The translations under genes were made by a program, and so were the position numbers. Below the pieces are notes generated by a model. The model searched no databases and had not been told where the DNA came from. It saw only the letters and a list, made by a program, of their open reading frames with translations. A stretch of DNA of 45,395 nucleotides from an uncultured Dehalococcoidales bacterium (GTDB lineage: Bacteria; Chloroflexota; Dehalococcoidia; Dehalococcoidales; UBA2162). The DNA is taken from assembly GCA_964354005.1 (NCBI GenBank), contig CAYGYD010000001.1, positions 1 to 45,395 on the forward strand, written 5' to 3'. Shown piece by piece: positions 36,299-42,635 of the stretch. Every line of letters starts with the position of its first letter. The first letter of the stretch is position 1.

Positions 36299-36997
36299 TC
36301 AGCTGCCATCTTGGCTGAGAATCGTGCGCACAGTTAGCAGTGCAATCTTCGCATCCAAGAGTGCTGACTGCCTGTTTATGTAGTCAATATCAAGACGTAC
36401 CATGTCCTCAAAAGAGAGACTCTTCCGCCCGGAGACCTGCCAAAGGCCGGTGATACCTGGTTTGACACGAAGCCTCTCCCGATGCCAGTCCTTATACATT
36501 CGCACCGCAAAAGGGATATCCGGTCGGGGACCAATGAATGACATCTCTCCCTTCAGTATATTGAATAGTTGTGGAAGCTCATCCAGATTAGTCTTCCTCA
36601 GCAGAGTGCCAAACCTCGTCACCGACATCCCATCAGCTTTGTAGATGCTCTGTCCATTCTCGTCCACTCGGTAAGGCGCATTTTCGAGGATGTACCGGCA
36701 GAGATATGACTTATATTCACCGTCGTCATTATCTATAGGCATGCACCGAAACTTGTAACATTTGAAGCGGTGCCCGTCCTTCCCAACTCGCTCTTGTACA
36801 AATATCGGATTTCCCGGCGAATCCACCCTGATCACGACGGCAATCAGGATCAGGATGGGGAGGGAAGCAGCTATGGCCAGGAGTGCCAGCAGGCGGTCCA
36901 GAATTCCCTTCCAGTTGGGATAGCCGAACTGGTGATAGCCCCTTTCCCTCTCCCTTGCCTCCCTAGCAACCGGAATCTGCTTCTCGGCCAGTTTCAT
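36299..36997 (-). CDS. Initiating polyprenyl-phosphate sugar-phosphate transferase (small PglC/WbaP-C-type bacterial sugar transferase)
   Basis: One N-terminal re-entrant helix; RVGKDGHRFKCYKFRCM, DELPQLFNILKGEMSFIGPRP, PGITGLWQVSGR. Its ATG overlaps the upstream stop (ATGA at 36994-36997). Confidence 0.9.
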   Translation of the reverse strand: MKLAEKQIPVAREARERERGYHQFGYPNWKGILDRLLALLAIAASLPILILIAVVIRVDSPGNPIFVQERVGKDGHRFKCYKFRCMPIDNDDGEYKSYLCRYILENAPYRVDENGQSIYKADGMSVTRFGTLLRKTNLDELPQLFNILKGEMSFIGPRPDIPFAVRMYKDWHRERLRVKPGITGLWQVSGRKSLSFEDMVRLDIDYINRQSALLDAKIALLTVRTILSQDGS

Positions 36998-38328
36998 CGC
37001 ACCCCCACACTCTGTTTGGCCAATACCTCCGGCCCATGGCGACCAATGCCCTCGTAAACGATATTTGCCTCAGTCACTTTGTCGGGGTCAAGAAGGTTAC
37101 GACCATCGATAAGAATGGGATGCTTCATTGAAGAGGCTATCCTTACCATGTCCAGTTCTTTGAATTCATCCCAGTCAGTAACGAGTATCAAGGCATCGCT
37201 CCCGACAGCTACCTGATAAGCGTCAGAAAAGTAGGTCACCTGAGGCATGAGTCTAGCTGCCATCGGCATAGCCAATGGATCGTAGGCTTTAACTTGGCAG
37301 CCTTCCTGCTGCAAAAGGGAGATGATTGATAGTGAAGTCGCCTCCCGCATATCATCCGAATTCGGCTTAAAGGAGAGACCGAGAATACCGATAGTCTTGC
37401 CCTTCAGGGAACCGAGCAGCCGGCGCAGTTTTCCTATGGCTATGTGCGGCTGGCGCTGGTTAATCTTCTGTACAGCACGGACCAATGGCAATGGAACCCG
37501 CCGGCTCTTGGCCATATGGATGAGCCCCCTGACATCCTTGGGAAGGCAACTGCCTCCCCAACCTAATCCAGCACCTAGACAGCCCTCACCACACCGAGGG
37601 TCCATCCCCATTACCTTAGCTATTGTCGTAACGTCGACGCCATATGCGTCGCAAAGCAAGGCTATTTCATTGATGAAGCTGATTCTGGTGGCGAGGAAAA
37701 CATTCGAAGCGTACTTTGACATCTCGGCGGTTTTGTTGTCACATATGATTGTCGGGGAATCCAGTGGCGCGTAGAGTTCAGCCACTGCCTTGCCCACGTT
37801 TCGGTCGGATGACCCGACTACGATCCTAGCAGGATGCATGAAGTCAAAGACGGCTATGCCTTCGCGCAGAAATTCAGGGTTAGACGCCACAGGGAAAAGG
37901 TGACTGCTACGACCGGAACAGGCAAGTATTTTGGATACGAGGTCGGCGGTGCCTACTGGCACTGTGCTCTTGATGGCAACAACCATCGGCTCACTGGCGG
38001 CTTCGGCGATGCTTCTGGCTGCTGAGCGTACGTATTTCAAGTCGGGTTTTCCGTTGGTGCTGGATGGCGTACCTACAGTTATAAAAGCAAACTCAGCACC
38101 CGATAACCCCTGTGCATAGTCGCTAGTTATGCTTAATCTTCCCTTCGCCCAGTTGCTCTGCCAAAGCTCAGGAAGGTCTTGCTCACTAACCGGCATTATC
38201 CCGCCTTCCAGAGCGTTCAACTTGTCCGAATCAATCTCCACCAGAGTTACCTTATTACCAAGCTCGGCAAAACAAACTGCCGTAACTAAGCCCACATATC
38301 CAGCCCCGATAACACTAATATTTCTCAT
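36994..38328 (-). CDS. UDP-glucose/GDP-mannose dehydrogenase family nucleotide-sugar 6-dehydrogenase
   Basis: MRNISVIGAGYVGLVTAVCFAELG and the catalytic-Cys motif GGSCLPKD. 444 aa. Confidence 0.9.
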   Translation of the reverse strand: MRNISVIGAGYVGLVTAVCFAELGNKVTLVEIDSDKLNALEGGIMPVSEQDLPELWQSNWAKGRLSITSDYAQGLSGAEFAFITVGTPSSTNGKPDLKYVRSAARSIAEAASEPMVVAIKSTVPVGTADLVSKILACSGRSSHLFPVASNPEFLREGIAVFDFMHPARIVVGSSDRNVGKAVAELYAPLDSPTIICDNKTAEMSKYASNVFLATRISFINEIALLCDAYGVDVTTIAKVMGMDPRCGEGCLGAGLGWGGSCLPKDVRGLIHMAKSRRVPLPLVRAVQKINQRQPHIAIGKLRRLLGSLKGKTIGILGLSFKPNSDDMREATSLSIISLLQQEGCQVKAYDPLAMPMAARLMPQVTYFSDAYQVAVGSDALILVTDWDEFKELDMVRIASSMKHPILIDGRNLLDPDKVTEANIVYEGIGRHGPEVLAKQSVGVR

Positions 38329-38366
38329 GAATCTGCATGCCTCCTACCTACCATTCAAGCTATCTA

Positions 38367-40940
38367 CTACTCTTCACTCCCCTGTGCATGGGCGAAAGCA
38401 CTCACCACATGGGGGTCAAAACGCTGCCCTGAATCGGCAATAAGCTTCTGTACTGCCATTTCAGGGTCTATTGTTCCTTGAGGTGATGGTCCTGAAGTCA
38501 TGGCGTCGAAGGTATCAGCGACAGCCAGTATTCTCGCTCCTAATGGGATGTTGTCACCACTGGCGCTAAAGAGGCAATCGGCACCGTCATATCTCTCATA
38601 TCTGTGCAAAATCAAGATTAACGCTGGTGAAAGAAATTCAATCGCTGACAACGCTTTCCACACCAGGTTGAAGCGCGCTCTAAGGACGATGGCTTTATCA
38701 AGAGTGGGTGCTACCATTTGCTCCATCGCGTCCTCAGGAGATAAAACAAGCCCTAGGTCTTTGAGCAGGGCCGCGTAGTGAAGTGCCTGCCGTTCATTTC
38801 TTGTTAGCCCAAGTTTGTCGGCAATAACCAGAGCATACCTGGCCACTCGTTGGGCACTATCTATGTCAAAGAGGTATCGGAGATGCATCGACCGGGCAAT
38901 CTCCCGGCTAATGGCTAGAATAGCCTCCAATGTGGCGAACTGGGCAACTTCTTGCCGCAGCAGTTGGTCTTGTTGAGTTTCTAGCCGGTTGCTAAGGTCA
39001 TCTGCTAGGAACAGAGAACGGTTGCAGAGCACCCGGAGTTCCTGGATTTTGTAACCAAGGTTCTCCAGACTCTCCCGAATGGCCATCGGCATTTGCTTGA
39101 AAGTCGACGATAACAGCTGGCGCGTGCTGTCAAGCTGTGCCTGCGCCTCCTGCTTACTGGTCTCTGCCGCAGACAGCAGGGCATTGATCTCCTCCCCCGA
39201 ACTCTGCCATCTCCTCGGGATAGATATTGAGAAGGTAGTACCCTGCCCTACCTCGCTCTCAATACTCAGCCTGCCTCCTAGGCCTTGAACCAGTACCTTG
39301 GCCAGGTAGAGGTCGTTCCGCTTTTCGCTGGCGAGCATTCCTTCCAGTTGACCCTGGAAGAGCATACTCAGCTCCCGGTGGGCGATAATGTGGTTGCGGT
39401 TAATCAGTTCTATGGTTACGAAGCTTTTACTCTTCTCGTATACACGTATATGTACCCTGTCACCCGGCATGCTGCCCTCGATTTCGCTTCTCAAGGCGTA
39501 GAATAGAGCCTGAGTAAGGCCCCTTCCGTCCACCACGAGCTGGCCCACGTCTTCAACCCCCTCGCTGTCAACCTCAATTCTTCGCTGTATTGCCAGCTCT
39601 TTTGTCTGCTTCATAATCCAGTCAACTGTGTTTCTGAGGTCTACTTCATCGATAATAGCACTGCCGGTGACCCACTCATCTCTTGTCAGACGACGGAGCT
39701 CCTCTGCGACACCCACCAGCTGACTCATGTTTTCCTTAAAGGTTTTCAGTTTGTTGCGTTGTTCAGCAGTAAAATCCTCCGCCTGCACCGGGTCTACCCC
39801 GTCCAGGTAATCCTTTATTCCGGTGATGGGAATCTCAAGTTCTCTGGCGAGGAAGGTAACCCAGGCTAACACTCCCTGCAAAGTTTTCTGCTCTTCCCGG
39901 TGTGCCTGGAGTACTCCACGGGCTAGACTGAGTTCTGGTTCAAGGTCATTTTGGCCAAGGTCAAAACAATAGTTACTTCCTGGGAAGTGTCTCAGGTGAC
40001 TCATCTGTTCAGCAGCAGCCTCACTGACTTCAACGTGATGGCGAAACTTTCGCCTTGTGTTAGAAACTACCGCCGCGCGAATGCTCATGATTGGACTTGG
40101 TTCCTTCTGGCCCAATTGACTTTCATATTCTATGTAACCTCTCTCTAGGTCTTCGCGTTTGTACAGGGTCCTTATTCGACTATCAAAATCAGTGATGAGC
40201 CTCTGGCAAAGAAGTCTTGCCTTCGGACTTGTACTGATAATCACGAAATTATCGCCACCAATATGTCCTACCAAATCGTCTGGATTACCGAATAATCGGA
40301 CTGATTCACACAGTATCGCAGCAACAAGCCGAATAGCGCGGTCGCCCTGAGCGAAACCATACACCTTGTTGAAAGTCTTAAGATTATCCAGGTCAACATA
40401 GATAGCGGCGAAGGTCCCGTTCCGCTCAATTAGGTTCGTAATCTCACTATTTACCTGGCTCAGGTTCGATAATCCGGTTAGCGGATTTACGTTTTCAACC
40501 CGTTCTCTTTGCTTCAAGCAAGTCTCGACCAGAGCCACAACCTCCTTGGGATCGAAGGGTTTTGTAACATAATTATCAGGCCCATCGACGCCTTCAGCTG
40601 TCCTTTTCTTGCTCTCAGTACCGACAACTATGAGTGGAATATGACTCGCTTGTTGCAACTCCTTCAGCCGCCAGCAGATATCAGTGTTTTCGAGGTCAAA
40701 AACTTCGTCGTCAAGAAGAATTATGTCGGGTCTCTCTGTGGAGGCCTTTATAAGTGCTTCAAGCCCGTTCCGCGCTGTTATGACGCCGAGATTGGCATGA
40801 GCCAAGTTAACCTCCAGAATGCCAAGCACCTCTGGGTCATGGTCGATCACCAGTACAGTTCTTTTCCTCGGCGTCGATGGTTCGCCCGCACTTGCTATCA
40901 TTCTTGCCCTAGGTCCAGTCTGAGGTATTGTAATAATCAT
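38367..40940 (-). CDS. Multidomain signalling protein: REC - degenerate GGDEF (GGDNF) - pseudo-histidine-kinase (no phospho-His) - degenerate HD-GYP
   Basis: - REC (aa ~27-147): VLVIDHD, ILLDD, YVTKPF.
- GGDEF fold (aa ~150-320): the signature reads GGDNF (nt 40245-40259) and there is no RxxD I-site.
- DHp-like helix FLARELEIPITGI has Arg where the H-box His should be.
- HATPase-like region lacks the N and G1 boxes but keeps GLGGRLSIESEVGQGTTFSISIP.
- HD-GYP-like C-terminus reads SAQRVA (not HSxRVA), LKDLG (not LHDIGK) and HRYERYDGADC (no GYP). Confidence 0.8.
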   Translation of the reverse strand: MIITIPQTGPRARMIASAGEPSTPRKRTVLVIDHDPEVLGILEVNLAHANLGVITARNGLEALIKASTERPDIILLDDEVFDLENTDICWRLKELQQASHIPLIVVGTESKKRTAEGVDGPDNYVTKPFDPKEVVALVETCLKQRERVENVNPLTGLSNLSQVNSEITNLIERNGTFAAIYVDLDNLKTFNKVYGFAQGDRAIRLVAAILCESVRLFGNPDDLVGHIGGDNFVIISTSPKARLLCQRLITDFDSRIRTLYKREDLERGYIEYESQLGQKEPSPIMSIRAAVVSNTRRKFRHHVEVSEAAAEQMSHLRHFPGSNYCFDLGQNDLEPELSLARGVLQAHREEQKTLQGVLAWVTFLARELEIPITGIKDYLDGVDPVQAEDFTAEQRNKLKTFKENMSQLVGVAEELRRLTRDEWVTGSAIIDEVDLRNTVDWIMKQTKELAIQRRIEVDSEGVEDVGQLVVDGRGLTQALFYALRSEIEGSMPGDRVHIRVYEKSKSFVTIELINRNHIIAHRELSMLFQGQLEGMLASEKRNDLYLAKVLVQGLGGRLSIESEVGQGTTFSISIPRRWQSSGEEINALLSAAETSKQEAQAQLDSTRQLLSSTFKQMPMAIRESLENLGYKIQELRVLCNRSLFLADDLSNRLETQQDQLLRQEVAQFATLEAILAISREIARSMHLRYLFDIDSAQRVARYALVIADKLGLTRNERQALHYAALLKDLGLVLSPEDAMEQMVAPTLDKAIVLRARFNLVWKALSAIEFLSPALILILHRYERYDGADCLFSASGDNIPLGARILAVADTFDAMTSGPSPQGTIDPEMAVQKLIADSGQRFDPHVVSAFAHAQGSEE

Positions 40941-41458
40941 AATTTGGTCAAGTTAAAACAAGGTCAGAGCCTGGTTAGAAAAAGGTTAGAATCACCCACC
41001 GCGTTGAAGAATGGTCCTCGAAAAGCAGGGAGGGGGTTAGTTCGTCTACAGCAACGATGGACGCTTCGGAACTATGAACCCTACCAAAAGACGATTCAGG
41101 TTTGATTCCTTCTGACTTCTTCTCCCGTGTCTTCCGCGTGCCGTGGGCTGTCCAAGAACTACGTGGGATTGCCGCTAGAATTAAGTAGACTTACTTATTG
41201 ACCCACCTGCTGAACATCAGGATAATCCTTATAGAAACACGATTTTCAGCCGTTCTCTTGGTTCATAGGCTCACCGGTAGATATCAGGGAAGATTGTTGG
41301 CCGCCGATAAAGGGCTTCATCTCTGCTCTTTCTGACACCGCGTTGAATCGCGGTTAGAACATTGTTCTAGAAAATGGAACCTTCTCAAGGTTGCTTTAAT
41401 GGTGTAATATCGCGGTACCGAACTTCACAAATTGAGAGGAAAAGGTAAGAAAAGTCAC

Positions 41459-41487
41459 TTGACAGTGATTATTCGACACGTTAACCT
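41459..41487 (+). promoter_or_regulatory. Sigma-70-like promoter in the gene-free region
   Basis: TTGACA (41459-41464), 17-nt spacer, TAACCT (41482-41487). Confidence 0.4.
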
Positions 41488-41494
41488 TAGATAA

Positions 41495-41637
41495 AGAGCC
41501 TGTAGCGGTGGTTTGCTGACAGACGGGAAGATAATTAGTGGTGTTAAAAGCGGCGCGGTGGCCTTAGCTACATTGGCGTACGTTGGTGGATTTGAAAGCC
41601 AACTGTAGTGGTTGGTGGGAGACCACTAAGGTTTTTT
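41495..41637 (+). ncRNA. Candidate small RNA 1 (promoter-to-terminator unit, ~140 nt, GGUGG-rich)
   Basis: Bounded by the 41459 promoter and the hairpin plus T6 at 41606-41637. Contains six GTGG cores, four of them GGTGG and three in a TAG(C/T)GGTG context. No ORF with a Shine-Dalgarno sequence. Confidence 0.35.
41606..41637 (+). terminator. Terminator-like hairpin + T6
   Basis: TAGTGGT / 9-nt loop / ACCACTA, then AGG and TTTTTT (41632-41637). Confidence 0.5.
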
Positions 41638-41678
41638 CTAGAGTACGAAGTACATTAATAAATGTGTGCGGGTGAGTT

Positions 41679-41700
41679 TTTGTCTTGAATTTGTCTTGAA
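41679..41700 (+). promoter_or_regulatory. Perfect tandem 11-bp direct repeat (TTTGTCTTGAA x2), candidate winged-helix response-regulator box
   Basis: Two exact copies at 41679-41689 and 41690-41700, giving one helical turn of periodicity. A TATAGG -10-like hexamer lies at 41716-41721. It sits ~200 bp upstream of the OmpR-family regulator gene. Confidence 0.4.
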
Positions 41701-41838
41701 AAAGTAGGTCTGGTCTATAGGAAGGAGAAGCGGCATAGAGCCAAGTCGTTAGACTATTATCGACATTGTTAGGTTAGCAGGGGAGCTTTGAACTATTATC
41801 CGTAAGTGGTCACTTGGGTAATAGGGAGCTAGTAGTGA

Positions 41839-41869
41839 AACCGACCTCTGAAGGTCGGTTTTTTCTTTT
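41839..41869 (+). terminator. Strong intrinsic terminator immediately 5' of the response-regulator gene
   Basis: AACCGACC / tctgaa / GGTCGGTT followed by TTTTCTTTT, with an A-tract upstream of the stem. Confidence 0.8.
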
Positions 41870-41904
41870 GCTAAGCGAGTGGGAGTCGGAGTGGAGGTAA
41901 TACG

Positions 41905-42600
41905 ATCAAAGAGAAGATACTGGTTATCGATGACGACACTGAGTTCTTAAATTTGACCAAGATATGGCTTGAAAATGCTGGCTATGAAGTGATGACGGCA
42001 CAGGACGGGATTGTCGGTTTGCGTTGTGCTTATAGCTCTCGCCCAAAGCTGGTGCTACTCGATGTCAATATGCCCGAGGCAAACGGATGGGAAGTCTCTC
42101 GCCGGATTCGGGAGATGAGTGATGTTGCTATCATCATGGTAACCGTTAACCGGCAGAAAGATGACATCCTAAGAGGATTTGGTGCTGGTGCTGATGACTA
42201 TGTTATCAAGCCAATTGACTTCCCTGTTTTGCTCGCCCGGGTGGGTGCTGTCCTGCGCCGGTGCCAAGATGCTGCTGAAGATAGTGACCCTGGCGTTTTC
42301 CATCAGGGTGAAATAACTGTAGATTGGAAAAGCCGCCAGGTTTACGCCAGGCAACAATTAGTAAAGCTTTCGCCGACCGAGTTTAGGCTCCTGTCATGCT
42401 TGATCAAGAACCGTGGCTGGGTGGTGACTCACGAACAGCTTCTGCGCAAGGCGTGGGGACCAAACTACGTTGGTGACCGGTCTTTTGTCAAGCTGTACGT
42501 CAGATATCTGCGTCAGAAGTTAGAGAAGGACCCGCAGCATCCGAAGTTGATTGTGACCGAGCGAGGCATTGGTTATCGCTTTTCAATAGAGTCGAACTAG
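41905..42600 (+). CDS. OmpR/PhoB-family response regulator (REC + winged helix); start codon apparently non-canonical (ATC)
   Basis: The track ORF (TTG 41953) lacks the beta1 strand. The same frame is open from 41875 and encodes IKEKILVIDDDTEFLN upstream. GGAGG (41893-41897) lies 7 nt before ATC 41905, and no in-frame ATG/GTG/TTG exists between 41875 and 41953. C-terminal LSPTEFRLL...ERGIGYRF winged helix. Confidence 0.8.
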   Translation: MKEKILVIDDDTEFLNLTKIWLENAGYEVMTAQDGIVGLRCAYSSRPKLVLLDVNMPEANGWEVSRRIREMSDVAIIMVTVNRQKDDILRGFGAGADDYVIKPIDFPVLLARVGAVLRRCQDAAEDSDPGVFHQGEITVDWKSRQVYARQQLVKLSPTEFRLLSCLIKNRGWVVTHEQLLRKAWGPNYVGDRSFVKLYVRYLRQKLEKDPQHPKLIVTERGIGYRFSIESN

Positions 42601-42635
42601 ACAGTAACTTGGGCTAGGGATAGCGGAGTAAACGA

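Noticed and set aside
40509-41105. 198-aa plus-strand ORF spanning the 5' end of the signalling gene and its upstream region.
   Set aside because: It is mostly antisense to a well-supported gene, with no motifs and no ribosome-binding site.
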